From the human T2T-CHM13v2.0 reference genome, Homo sapiens: 64,000 nt of DNA. The translations under genes and the position numbers were made by a program. Below the pieces are notes generated by a model. The model was not told where the DNA came from and searched no databases. It saw only the letters and a list, made by a program, of their open reading frames with translations. The stretch is taken from the NCBI RefSeq assembly GCF_009914755.1, contig NC_060926.1; one strand, written 5' to 3'. This document shows, piece by piece, positions 15,216 to 27,934 of this stretch (position 1 is the first letter of the stretch; each line of letters begins with the position of its first letter).

Positions 15216-15732
15216 TGTTGGGAATGAAGTTTTTGGTATCACCAAAAAAAAAAAAAAAAAAGAATTAACACGGGAACAAATGATCTCTCAGCAAGGTGAG
15301 CTTTGCTTTCTGCAGAAAGGGTGCTACTCAGCTGTCCAGCCACGACAGCACACCGAACAAAGGAGACAGAGTTATTTATAGCCTGACATGTCTACCCTAC
15401 TGGTGAGTCCAGTTTCCATTGGCTAGAATAGGACCTCACATTTTACACTTTACCCAATTGGCTGTTAGTTTAAAACTTTCTTAATTAGGTAAGCGGAAAA
15501 GAACAAGGAAAGAAAAAGAAGTTGCCCAGGGATAGTTTAAGAAGCATCTCCAAATAAAGAATTGCATGCAGTATGGGCTGGGGCTTGTCTAGTTCTGTCC
15601 AGGCATGCTGCAGCAAGCTAGGACAGCTGATTTGGAATATATATATATATACACTAATAGTGGATAGCAATCTTATAGTAAGAAATTGTGACATTTTATG
15701 ATCTTTGAAGAAGAACTTTCCCATTTCTCACA
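15216..15732 (-). mobile_element. solo ERV1 LTR, LTR10-like (HERV-I group)
   Basis: TG...CA termini, 4-bp TSD agaa on both sides; reverse strand starts tgtgagaaatgggaaagttcttcttcaaaga, resembling LTR10. Confidence 0.75.
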
Positions 15733-16311
15733 AGAAGGTTCAAAACTCATTCAAAAATGCTGAGTAAATATGGTAATAAAGTCTTTCTCCTGAATCCCTA
15801 GTCAAGCACTCAGAAGACACAAGCAAGAAAAAAAAAAGGAAATAAACCATAAACCAAAAAAAAATTGCTTTACTCCAATACATACAATCATTTCCACTGC
15901 TTTTTTTGTCCCTTCATAGCTGATGTCAGTGAGTTTTAAAATATATAACAGCATAGTGCTGCTAGAATGAAAACAAAATTTTACACTTCTCTTGATTTCC
16001 TGGTGAAAATTGCTTTCAACATTGAACGAGCTGTAAAATATTCTCTTTTCCGCATTTGCAACACAGATAATTGTCCTTGGTGGATCACTAGATTTTTTCT
16101 TATTCCTGATGACTGAAATTTCTTAGTCAGGCTAAAAGATCACTGTTTGTTCTATAGTATTTAGCAAAATTCGCTTTTTCTGTGATTATTGAATCTTAAC
16201 AATGGCGGTTTCCTTTCTCTCCCTTCTTTTCCTTCTTGTTCATTTTAAGTCTCTTCTCAAATTATATGTTTTGAAAGATAATTTCAGCATCTAAGTTTTT
16301 CATTTTAGCAG

Positions 16312-16343
16312 GTGGTGGAATGACCCTACAACTAATGAATAAA
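16312..16343 (+). CDS. candidate terminal exon (WWNDPTTNE*), stop overlapping AATAAA
   Basis: tttttcattttagcag acceptor (NAGNAG); TAA 16340-16342 inside AATAAA 16338-16343; alternative frame GGMTLQLMNKNYI* also open. Confidence 0.25.
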
Positions 16344-17229
16344 AATTACATATGATTACCTTTAAGATTATGAACATAAAAACTTATATTAACATGCTCA
16401 CTACTCAAATTTGGTGAGATATGGTTATTAAGTACATTGGAGTGACAGAGAGGAAACTGACCACCTCTCTTCACCACCCAAGAATATAAGTTTCAAATAA
16501 GATGGTCTTCTGAAAATTGGACTAGTAGTCTGTATGTAATAAATGGACTAATTGAACATATGAGTGCAGAGTTCTGAGACCTCCAATCACAGTGGCTTAT
16601 GTCTCATCAGAAAGTATGATATAATTATAGCCAAGAAAGGTGAGCTCTAATCAGTATGTTGTTTCAGGCCTAAAGAAAAGCTATGCAACAGAGTAGTATA
16701 CTATAGCACCTTGAAAAAAGGAAGCAGATTCTCAGTTGTGATTCCTCCCCTTGTTGCAATATCTGACAGCAAAATAGCAGAAAATTATCCTGAACACTGA
16801 AAGGGAACACTGAAGACAAACACACATATAGGATAAAAGAATTGAGGCTCCAAATACCTTTGTATATAGTTGCAATGGTGATCTCTTTCGCCTTTTATGA
16901 AAAGTGTTTGCACTTTTGTAGCAATGAAGCAGCCAGCCAGTAAATTAAGCTTTTTCCATTTTTACAAAGGTAAACTTAGAATGTTTTCATAAAATATTTA
17001 TATTATTTAAAAAACTCAAGAAAACTTGAAATCATACAGTAGGCATTTAGATACCCATCACAATTAACATTACTTTTTTTACTCCTCCTCTCCGTCACAT
17101 TCTCTTTCGCATTCCCTTTCTCCTGCTCTTGCTCTCTCTCGCTCTCAGTCTCTCACTCTCCCCTTATTTCTCACTCCTTTCTCCCTCCTCTTTCTTTCTC
17201 TAAAACTAAACTATTACATATATAGCCAT

Positions 17230-17930
17230 CCTTTCTCTTTCCCTCTGTTTCCATACTCAGAAATAGTCTCCTCCATCCTGAAGTTATTATTCATTATCTC
17301 CATGTATGTTTTCATTCAATTACTAAAAATAAATACCTCCATAAACAATGTGCCTTGTTGCTTTATGTGTTTTTAAGATATACAAAAATTATATCATATT
17401 GCATGTATCCTTTTGAAACAACGCATTATTTTTGAAATATAGAGAGATATTATTTTTGAAATACATCCAGAGAGAGGAACACATTTCTATCTAATCCATG
17501 CATTTAATTGCTACAGTATAATATTCAACTTAATAAATAAGTCACCTATATTTGGTCATTCCTTTCTGAGTTGCCAGATTTGATAATCCTACCTCTTTTG
17601 GACAGTTATGTCATTTCCACATTTTTACTCTCACAAGTATTGCTCTGTGAAATTTGCACCCATGAATGAATTCCTTGAAAGTAGACACTAGAAAGATAAC
17701 TGCTCAATTTAAGTATATTAACATTTTCTTACACTAGGTATCATAAAATTGCTCTCCAACATGCTTATAATTTTTATGCTAATGGCAGTAGCCAAGTGTT
17801 CCAATTTCCCCCACGTCTTCACCAATACTTAGTAATATTATTATGATTATTAAATTTGCCATGCTGTAGGGTATTAAAGGGCACCACATTATCATTTTAC
17901 ATTGCATCCCCTTGGCTGTTAGTGTGACAT
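17230..17930 (-). mobile_element. old L1 (L1ME-type) 3' fragment
   Basis: degenerate aaaattgctctccaac...gtgttccaatttcccccacgtcttcaccaatac. Confidence 0.55.
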
Positions 17931-18599
17931 CCAGCATTACTTTTACGCAAGTGATGTATTAAGCAATTCTACATAATAATTTCACAGGCTGGCATATCAG
18001 TGTATTATGGTTCAGTATGTGAGCACTAATAATGATTGCAGGTGGAGGAAAGAGAAGATGGTAGTCTTTGAACTTCAAGTTGGAACAGCAAGTCTTGGGG
18101 AAGCTTGACTAAATGAGAAGCTGAAGAAAGGAATGAAAATATAGTTGTGAAGATTCCTTCAACTTCCCTAACAACCTTAAAGCATTTGCATGACAGTGTG
18201 AATGGTCTTTAATAAATTTCCTAGAAATTCTCTATTTCCACGTTGTAAAGAGAAGAATATTAGGCTAGCCTTGCATTGACTGATATAATGAAGAATAATA
18301 ATTAACTCAGCCCGTTGTGGGTGACAACAAACTTAATGTTAGCTAGAGAGATACTTGAAAACAACAGCGGGTTGTTTACAGTTTGGCACAAATTAGGCTT
18401 GGCACAAATTGGGCTCTTTGTGTATATCACATCAATGCCCCTGCCTCAGCCTCAGACCCATTTTGAAAAAATCTATTCATACTGAAGCTAGTAAAACATG
18501 TCTATATATGAGTCACGGAATGGACTTCTCTTTGGTAACAATTCAAAATCCTCTTAGATTTGCCTCTTATTCCCTACACTGCTGCAGAGACCAGGTCTG

Positions 18600-18840
18600 T
18601 AACTTAGGTGCAACCTGACCACACCTTACATGAGGCCTGGGTGGGAGACTTTTATGTCCTGTTCAGCCAGGGCCTTGTCTTACACCAAATTGTTAGACCC
18701 CTGAGGGAACCCACCCCTCCCTCATGAACTTGCGCCTTGGAGTGCAGGGAAGTTGATGAATCATGGGACAGCCCTTGAGCAATGATGATGGGATCCAATG
18801 GATAACTTCTTCTCCCTTTCTTTCTCCAGGTGGAATAATA
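18600..18840. mobile_element. ERVL LTR16-like fragment
   Basis: gggacagcccttgagcaatgatgatgggatccaatggataac motif. Confidence 0.4.
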
Positions 18841-19417
18841 TTCTAGGAATCAATCTGATCATTAAGGTGGATAAAAGAAGGAGAATTCAGCAAAGCAGAC
18901 TACAAAGGAGATGCAAATGAGAAGCAAAGAAAACCAGAAAAGGGATGAAATAATTGAGGGGACAAATTCTTAAGGGAATGGGAGTGAGAGCCAGTAAGTG
19001 AGTGGAGGGGAGAGCCACAGCTGAATCAGGGAACCTGCATCCATTGCACCAAGATGAATGTTAAAGCATGTGAGTACAAGAGTGAGCCACCTGGTAAATA
19101 CGGCAGTGGAAGGATAAGGTTCTCTTCTAATTTCTTTAATTAACTCTGATAAATTTAAAGCAATGTTATCGGCTAAGGGGTAAGGAGAGGTAAGGTGTGT
19201 TTTGAATGTTTGAAAAGAGAAGATATGTGTAATAGTTGATGGGAAATAGAAATCCTGAGGGTGATGTAGTCAGATGACTAGGGAAAGTATTAGAATTAGT
19301 GGTGGCAACCCCTGTCTCCTTATTTTTATCTTTACCCATGCATGACCCAATTTAAAACAGACTTTTCCATAATTATTACAGTCTTAAAACCTGAATTCTT
19401 TGAACACATCGGTCTAC

Positions 19418-19600
19418 TGTGGTGGTTCTCAAAGTTTGGTCCCTGGACAAGCAACATCAATCTCACTTGCTTGTTAGAAATGAAAATCTTGGGGCCTTCC
19501 CCTGACCTCCTGAATCAGAAGCTGTTGGGGTGGGGTTAGGCAATCTGCCTTAAGAAACCCTCCAGGTGATTCTTATGTGAACTATAGGTTGCCATCCATG
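19418..19600. mobile_element. MER5A (hAT-Charlie) DNA transposon relic
   Basis: gtggttctcaaagtttggtccctggac...cttgttagaaatg...tgaatcagaa...ccctccaggtgattct. Confidence 0.8.
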
Positions 19601-19909
19601 GGATTACTGTGTGTCCTTATCTAATTTACCTTTACACAAATTGTTCGGGCACATTTGATTCATAAAATTATCTTTTCAAATAAAATGCTATAAGGTGAAC
19701 ATAAGCTTTCATTTTAAGTACATTAGTATCTAGAAGCAGCCATTTTCTTTAAATGATACAGTCAAAATATTTACTAAAATACCAATTACACTACTTTTCA
19801 ACCAAAGCCATTATAATTATTATGATTTGAGTTTGAGGGATTACAAAGTTTTCTATAAAATGTACAAAAAATTCTATATGTGTTAACTGATGTGCAGTCT
19901 AATTTTTTA

Positions 19910-20734
19910 TTTTTTTCACAATTAAAAAAATTTTAATTTTTCTTTTCATAAATTTTTGGCAAACAGGTAGTATTTAGTTACTTGAGTAACTTTTTATTTT
20001 TATTATACTTTAAGTTTTAGGGTACATGTGCACAACCTGCAGGTTTGTTACATATGTATACATGTGCCATGTTCATGTGCTGCACCCATTAACTCGCCAT
20101 TTAACATTAGGTGTATCTCCAAATGCTATCCCTCCCCCTCCCCCCACCCCACAACAGGCCCCGGTGTGTGATGTTTCCCTTCCTGTGTCCATGTGTTCTC
20201 ATTGTTCAATTCTCACCTATGAGTGAGAACATGCGGTATTTGGTTTTTTGTCCTTGAGATAGTTTGCTGAGAACGATGGTTTTCAGCTTCATCCATGTCC
20301 CTACAAAGGACATGAACTCATCATTTTTTATGGCTGCATAGTATTCCATGGTGTATATGTGCCACATTTTCTTAATCCAGTCTATCATTGCTGGACCTTT
20401 GGGTTGGTTCCAAGTCTTTGCTATTGTGAATAGTGCCACAATGAACATACATGTGCATGTGTCTTTATAGCAGCATGATTTATAATCCTTTGGATATATA
20501 CCCAGTAATGGGATGGCTGGGTCAAATGGCATTTCTAGTTCTAGATCCCTGAGGAATCGCCACACTGACTTCCACAATTGTTGAACTAGTTTACAGTCCC
20601 ACCAACAGTGTAAAAGTGTTCCTATTCCTCCAGATCCTCTCCAGCACCTGTTGTTTCCTGACTTGTTAATGATCGCCATTCTAACTGGTGTGAGATGGTA
20701 TCTCATTGTGGTTTTGATATGCATTTCTCTGATG
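19910..20734 (-). mobile_element. 5'-truncated young L1PA (about PA3-5) with a ~75-bp 3' transduction
   Basis: L1 3'UTR and ORF2 end at 19991-20734 (ORF 20206-20757 [13 protein letters not shown]..); TSD tgcagtctaatttttta at 19893-19909 and 20733-20749. Confidence 0.93.
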
Positions 20735-20832
20735 CAGTCTAATTTTTTAAATTGCACTTTTAAGAACTGACAGCTGTTGGTTCACATTAGATTACAACGT
20801 GGAAATTAATACCAGTTGTTAATGAAGCGTAA

Positions 20833-21164
<332 letters not shown>

Positions 21165-21575
21165 CAAAGCATTGATATTTTAAGTTGGAATTGAAATGAA
21201 TTTATAAAACATAATAATATTATTTTATTTCATCATTTGACTTTTTGATAAACTAAACTACTAATCACTTTATATGCCTTTCCAATGCCATTGATATGAC
21301 TACAAACAGAAAATTATTTTGAATAACTAGACAGATTCTAAAAACAACAGAAAGAACCATAATGTAGGTAGGAAATTTTTTATCACCACCAAAATGCATG
21401 TTAAAAAGAAATCTTTATTTCAATGACTTAAAGAGATAATAAAGGTATAACTCTGCAGCTCTATTATTGGTAGTTATTGATGAGCAGTACAAAACTTATA
21501 ACTCTATAATGCCTCTTTTCTTACTCTCAGAAAAGCAGTTTAAGTGTGGGAGTTGTTTGGATGCTACATATATTA

Positions 21576-21889
<314 letters not shown>

Positions 21890-22536
21890 GATTTCTACAA
21901 GAGCATCTCTCACAGTATACTAAAATGAAATGCAAGCTTGAGTTGGTCAGTAATGAAAAAAATAGTGCTTGAGTTTACAAGGTCATCAGTTTCTTAACAT
22001 TTTGGGGTTGTGCAATGTAGTCTGTCTCTCTCAGTGTCTGATGTCCACTCAGGAATTATTTGCCACACATTTTAGAGAAACCATCATCTTAAACATGTAT
22101 TAAATATTAATTTCTATAAAAATGAACAAAAGAGGCATGATTTTTGTCTTCTTGTAGTAAAATTAATGTGAGGAGTTTTCATTGCATTTTTTTCTGGGTC
22201 TTGTTTTACATTGTTCCTGTGTTCCCATCCTTTTCTTTGTCTTTGTCCATTTGTTTCAATGACGTTTGAATTTAAAATAAAGTTTAATCAGGATGGCATG
22301 ACATGATAGTTGAAATTTGCTGTTAAATACTCCAGTGGTGGGTATGGGGGAGGAATCAGAGGATATAAATGAAATAAGATTTGACATTTATTGATAACTA
22401 TTGAACCTGAACTGATGGATGCATGGAGGTTTGTTACTCATCTATTATTGAATATGTTTTAAAATTTTACAATAAAAAATTTAAAACAAAGCTTAATTAC
22501 ATTTAATTTATGTGGATATCAAGAATTTTATTGCAG

Positions 22537-22626
22537 TCCTTGAAGAAATTGGAGGCATGCTGGAGTGTTGAAAAACAAAGATTCAGAATTAATATTGAAG
22601 CTTGTGAAACAAATTTCCACAGCTAA
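22537..22626 (+). CDS. candidate terminal exon (SLKKLEACWSVEKQRFRINIEACETNFHS*)
   Basis: aattttattgcag acceptor followed by a 29-codon open frame in unique sequence; not recognised. Confidence 0.2.
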   Translation, partial: SLKKLEACWSVEKQRFRINIEACETNFHS

Positions 22627-23004
22627 GAATTTTTTTAAAAATTGAGTAGTGAGTAGATAGCATAATAATCTTTCTAGAGATTGATAGAAAAATAGCACCA
22701 ATTTTCTCATCACTTTCAATTTGTGGTAATTATGAATAATTCCAAAGTCTCTCCAGGGTGTTTTTGGAGTGATTTGATATCTGAAATGAACCCAGCTTCA
22801 AGTACAGCCTGTTACTATGGGCAACAATTTAGATCTAGCCTGAGTTTTTGCCTTCTGCAAAGGTACTGCATCAGACCAGGGGTGATTGGGTACAAAAATG
22901 GTCTAATAAGACAAAGTTAAATTTTTGAGAGAGAAATACACCAATGAGATCAACAACTGAATGAAATCACAGAGCTTTCATAGATATCAAAGCATGACAC
23001 ATAC

Positions 23005-23250
23005 AAATTTTAGCGTCATCAGGCCTGTGTTTGAATTCCTTGTCTACTTCTTACTTGCTGTGTCTCCAGGGATAACTTACTTTCCTTCCCACCTCTTGTT
23101 GTTGTTGTTGGTTTCTGTTTCCTTTTTTTATATTTGTAAAACTGGAATGGTAATATATATCTCCAAGAGGTATTGTAAAGGTTGAAAAAGATTTACAGAT
23201 GTAACATTTCTGGAACATATTGAACATATAGCAGATGGTAATAATTTATC
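23005..23250 (+). mobile_element. MIR SINE
   Basis: gtttgaattcc...acttgctgtgt...tttgtaaaactggaatggtaata...tattgtaaagg core. Confidence 0.7.
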
Positions 23251-23658
23251 CTAACGTGAACTATATGCCACTATACTTGAAATAAACCAAGTTCTAAGGA
23301 GCTAAGTTCTGATTCTAAGACATCACTGGATGCAAGTGATAGGAAAGGAGACATGCTTTTCCTACAATGTGCACAAATTCCAATCATCCCTTCAGTAACA
23401 CCTGAGAGAAGCAAGTTAACTTGAGGTTCAAGCAGGCAAGTTCAGAGCTGGCCATAATGATATTATCTGCATAAGCAGTTTTTGAATGGTTTGGTTAGAT
23501 AGAAAAGAGGCAAAGCCTTAATTTGAATAACGGACTTCTCTCTTGATCTATACATCTCAGTTGTTAACCGATTTAGCCAGATTAAGCAGGGGCTGTGTGG
23601 AAGATGATACCTCTCTTGGAATGCCATGGAGCTATAAGGCAAAGATTTTGTTTTAGGA

Positions 23659-23686
<28 letters not shown>
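23659..23686. repeat. (TG)n microsatellite
   Basis: gtgtgtgt run. Confidence 0.95.
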
Positions 23687-23689
<3 letters not shown>

Positions 23690-24454
23690 TGTCTCTGTGT
23701 ATGTTTAATAAAAGGATATCCATTTGCTTTAAAAAACGGCAAAGTTAAAGTTAACAGTTTTTGCTTACACGTTATGAGCATCTAACTGATTGTTATATCC
23801 TTAACACCTAACATTGACTTTTAGAATTTAACCATTTATTCATGGAACAAAAATTATTGAATGCATGCTAAGTTCTAGGCACTGCTCTAGATGCTGAAGA
23901 TACCCCAGAACAGAAAAGCAGAAAATTCTGCCATAGAGCTCCTATTCTAGAAGACAGAGACAAATAATCAATGTTTCCTAAATAAGTGGGTATCTCAAGA
24001 CCCTGTAAGTGGGCCCAAAACTTTTCCCAGAAAGTAGATTGAGACCTGTTCAAGACTCAACTTTCTGCACTATAATTATGAAACAATTAAGTTTTGTCTG
24101 GAAGATTGTTTCCCAAGAGATTTCTCCAAATTCCTAACTCTACTATTTAATTTTGAGCAGAATGCCTACTTGTTTAATCAGCTAAGATAATTTACCCTCA
24201 GATACCTACATAAATAAGTAAACCTTTCAACTACTACCTTCTTTAGTGTAATTTATCTAGGTGCCAAAAATTCTGCTAAATGAAAATTAAAATTTGTCAC
24301 TAAACAAAATGCATGAAATCAGACAAATGTGAGAAGGTTAAAGTAAACTTTCCTATTTAACTTAAAGGTGATAACCATTTGAAACCAAAATTTACATAGT
24401 CATCAATGAATTTAAATATTATAATTGTTAAAACATATGATATTTAATTACCAT

Positions 24455-24670
24455 TATACATTAATGTATGTATAGTGGGCATTGTTTTATACACTGTACA
24501 TGTATTAACTCTCTTAATCCCCACAAAGTCCTATGAAGCATATACTCCAACTATTGCAATCTTATAGATGAAGAAACTGAGGCATTGATGGGGTTAAATT
24601 ATGCACTCAAGCTAAGTAAATGTAAGTATTAGAATTGTAGCCTAGAGTTTGTGCTTATAATCACTACACT
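24455..24670 (-). mobile_element. MIR SINE
   Basis: ttaatccccacaaagtcctatgaag...atagatgaagaaactgaggc. Confidence 0.7.
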
Positions 24671-24672
24671 AT

Positions 24673-25195
24673 GTGTTGTAAATATTTTTAAATTTTCTGT
24701 GTACTGTGATGTTTCGACAACTTTAAAAAAATCCTTTCTGGCAAGGAGATTGTTCTCATATATAGACAATTTTTAAAGATAACAAAAAACCTAGTCAGAA
24801 CCATCTCTTTCATATGCATGCAAACCAATTCTGAACTATACTTTCTTTATCTGGCCCTTACCCCGGGAGGCAATATTTTCTCTGCCTTAATAATCCCAGG
24901 GCTAGATGCCAGGCAAGCAGGGACCACCTCTATCATCCAAAGCACACCAAAATTATTCAAACCAGCTAATCCCAAGCTGTTCGTCCAGCCTTGCCTTGTC
25001 TTGCCTTCCCCAGGAAACTTCCATACCGGTAGTGGTCTAACCCTTCCCCTTACTTCTGTCCTCTGACCACCCTTGTGTCTTTCCCATGTAGCCCCACATG
25101 ACATGCCCTCCTCCTGTAGGTATAATAACCTTTGTTTTCCTGAGCCTCTCCTTCTGCTTCTTCTGGCAGCCACACCTGATTATCTCATAAAAGAA
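24673..25195 (+). mobile_element. ERVL LTR (MER54/MER74-like)
   Basis: aattattcaaaccagctaatcccaagctg...ccttgccttgtcttgccttcccc motifs. Confidence 0.55.
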
Positions 25196-25637
25196 TACAA
25201 ACCATATTATGTGTCCTTCCAGAAGATAAACAAATTGATTTCAACTGGTCTATCTATAAATCACAAAGAAAGTACATTTTAATTTTAATGTGATTAAAAA
25301 AAAGATGTCAAAATTGTCTTCTGTGATGATGGCCCCTCAGTAAGAGGTTGTTTTACATGGATTCTTAAAGCTTATTTCAGTGGTTTTAGTAAACCGCTTC
25401 AAATTTAGAGTTTGATTTATTTAATTAGAGTTTATTTTTTAAGTTGAGTATGCAATCTAACCTAGAGAAACTTTTTTTCTCATTCAGAAAGGAAGATAAA
25501 TTTTATTGAGTATGTATTGTATGGCCACACTACATTACCTTATCTTACCATAAGACAGTAGTAAGAATCAGCAGAATTTCCTGTATTTTGTAGAAGAAGA
25601 AACTGAGAACAAGTAATATCACCTAATTTGCTCACAC

Positions 25638-25766
25638 TGCTTGGCGGAGCTCTCTGAACTTCTGATTCTGAGTGCTGCCCAGTTCATGAATTGTTGTTTG
25701 CTCAAATAAACTGCTGAATTTAATTTGTCTGATTAAAGATTAATTTAATTAGTTTTTCTTTTAACA
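25638..25766 (+). mobile_element. ERV1 LTR 3' fragment (MER4 group)
   Basis: gattctgagtgctgcccagttcatgaattgttgtttgctcaaataaact...cttttaaca. Confidence 0.55.
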
Positions 25767-26877
25767 ACAAGAATGTATAGAATATGTTAGGATGTGCAAA
25801 AACGAGAACAATAGTTAATTGATTAAGCTCTATTTCATTACTGTCTTCCCTCTTTATCTCCCTCTCTTCCTTTCTTTCTTCCATCAATATTAGTTAAGCA
25901 TCTACTCAGTAGCAGACACTTACAAATGTCTGGAAATTCTTAGGTAGTGAAATCTCATCATATCTTGTGCTTGTATCTGTACTTCTCTTCCTTCCTGCTA
26001 GAATGTAAACTTCAGGAAGGCAGGGATCTTTGTTTTGTTCACAGATGATCATTGGTGATGCCTTTATACTATGCTCTAGTGACTTATTTCTTAAATAAGT
26101 GCTATAAACTAACTTCTGCATTAGTCTCTGTTTCTGGCAATATTGAGGGTGGTTAAACATCACACCAGTAGCTTCAGGGTACTTAATAGTACTCAGAGAC
26201 AAGAATCCTTTCCCATGACTGCCTTGCACACAGTGAAAAATTCCTGGCTATTTATCTTTTTTCCTTCTTCTTCATGACTTTTCCACAGAATCAACATTTT
26301 TCATTAGTAAATGATTCTTTATATTTTGAGGGTCATTATTCATCTGATTAAAATTTTGGATCATCTTCCCCAGAAAATGCACATACTCATATACATGCAC
26401 ACAAATTTGGCAACTGATTTCAGGGGTTCCATTGAACCCCCAAAGACTCTGGACCATGGAACCAAGGTTTAGAAGTCCTAGTTTAAAAATGTGGCATAGA
26501 ATAAATAAAGAGACATAAAGACATCAGAGTTTTATGCACACGTGCAAATATATACACACAACAGAAATCTACTGTATATTATTTACTTTCATCTCATTTT
26601 ACCAAACTTCTCCTTTTTCTTGAGTATCAGAACTAGGTTTTCTCCTTGAAGAAAGTAAAATCACTCAATTTGTATTTCAACTTAGATATCTAAACATGTT
26701 AGAAGCATAACTGTTAATATTTACTGTTAAAATTTGCATTCACAGCTGCTCTGATTGACGTGAGATTTATTTCTCATTGTCAGTGTATGAAAGTGATATG
26801 GGATAAAGAGCTGTTTTCTGTTGTGCTGAGCTCATTTAGCTTGAAGCTGTTTCCTTCAAAACTCCTTTGTCAGATAC

Positions 26878-26929
26878 CTGTAAATAAATGCTTCTGGTAT
26901 GCTTCTAGATTGATACTGCATCTGACACC
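26878..26929 (-). other. candidate 52-nt exon
   Basis: minus strand ttgttactattgttattttcag|...ACAG|gtatct. Confidence 0.3.
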
Positions 26930-27384
26930 CTGAAAATAACAATAGTAACAACAACAGAGTTACAACATGATAGGGCACTCCTGTTTGTCAAAGTGCCCTA
27001 ATATTTCCACAGTGGCTTTTTCCCTTGTTCAACCTTCCCAACTCAGTAATGGTAAAATGAAATTCTTTGACTTATTAATGCCATTCTCCTTTTCCTTATT
27101 TGTTTTATTGTCTTTATACCTTTTCCCTGTTATTCTCTGTCTTTCCATTTCCCCATCTCATTCTCACATATCACTTTTCCAACTTTAATATGTATTTGCC
27201 TCACTTCTCAGCCTCAAATGTTATTTCTTTTGTCTTTTTCAAAACAGCAAGAATTTTTCTGATATTATATGTATATATTCTGAAGAAATATATATATATA
27301 TATTTTTTTTTCAGTAGATGACCAATCATCCTAAAACCAGTTTAACTGGTAAAGTGACATCTCATTCATGAAGTCAGTTGTCAT

Positions 27385-27459
27385 GTTGCCAGGACAACCT
27401 CAAATATGATCAAACTCAAATCCCTTTTCATGGAACACTACCCATGTTGTCATGACAAC
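27385..27459. promoter_or_regulatory. paired RFX X-box motifs
   Basis: GTTGCCAGGACAAC (27385-27398) and perfect palindrome GTTGTCATGACAAC (27446-27459) fit the GTTRYCnnGRYAAC X-box pattern. Confidence 0.5.
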
Positions 27460-27757
27460 TGACAACCTGTAAGACTTAGTTTAAGTGTCATTCCTACTTA
27501 AAGTACTTGGTTAAAATCAGGAACAATTGATAAATTTCTGTAGATTTCCACACTTCAAATGAACTTCAAGCTTCCAAACTAAAAGTAACCAAATGTGATA
27601 GCAATTTAAAGCGTGAGCATTTTATCATCCTACTGAAAAAAAATTACCTGGTTGATAGAGAAGATATATGGCAATGGAAATTGACTTACTAGTGATATTT
27701 TAAAAGCTACCTGGTAACTTGTGAATTGTTTTTGCTTGATTAATATTTGAAATTTAG

Positions 27758-27801
27758 ATGAATAATGAAGAGATCTATGTAACTATGGAGATAGTAGCAG
27801 A
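27758..27801 (+). CDS. candidate exon (MNNEEIYVTMEIVA)
   Basis: aatttag|ATG...AGA|gtaagt; strong donor, weak acceptor. Confidence 0.25.
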
Positions 27802-27934
27802 GTAAGTTATGAATTAATGGGATTTATTTATTAAGTAAATCCAATAATCCTTCAAATAGTCATACATGATGTATATTAAATGTTAAACAAAAGGAGTTTT
27901 TGATTAGAGTAAGATTTTATATCTTTTGAAAATT

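Noticed and set aside
18383-18414. 16-bp tandem duplication ttggcacaaatt(a/g)ggc
   Set aside because: Ordinary slippage duplication with no functional indication
20206-20757. 183-aa ORF
   Set aside because: C-terminal fragment of L1 ORF2p in a 5'-truncated element without a promoter
26874-26896. 23-nt + strand exon candidate (IPVNKCF)
   Set aside because: Overlaps a better minus-strand candidate and fits no convincing chain
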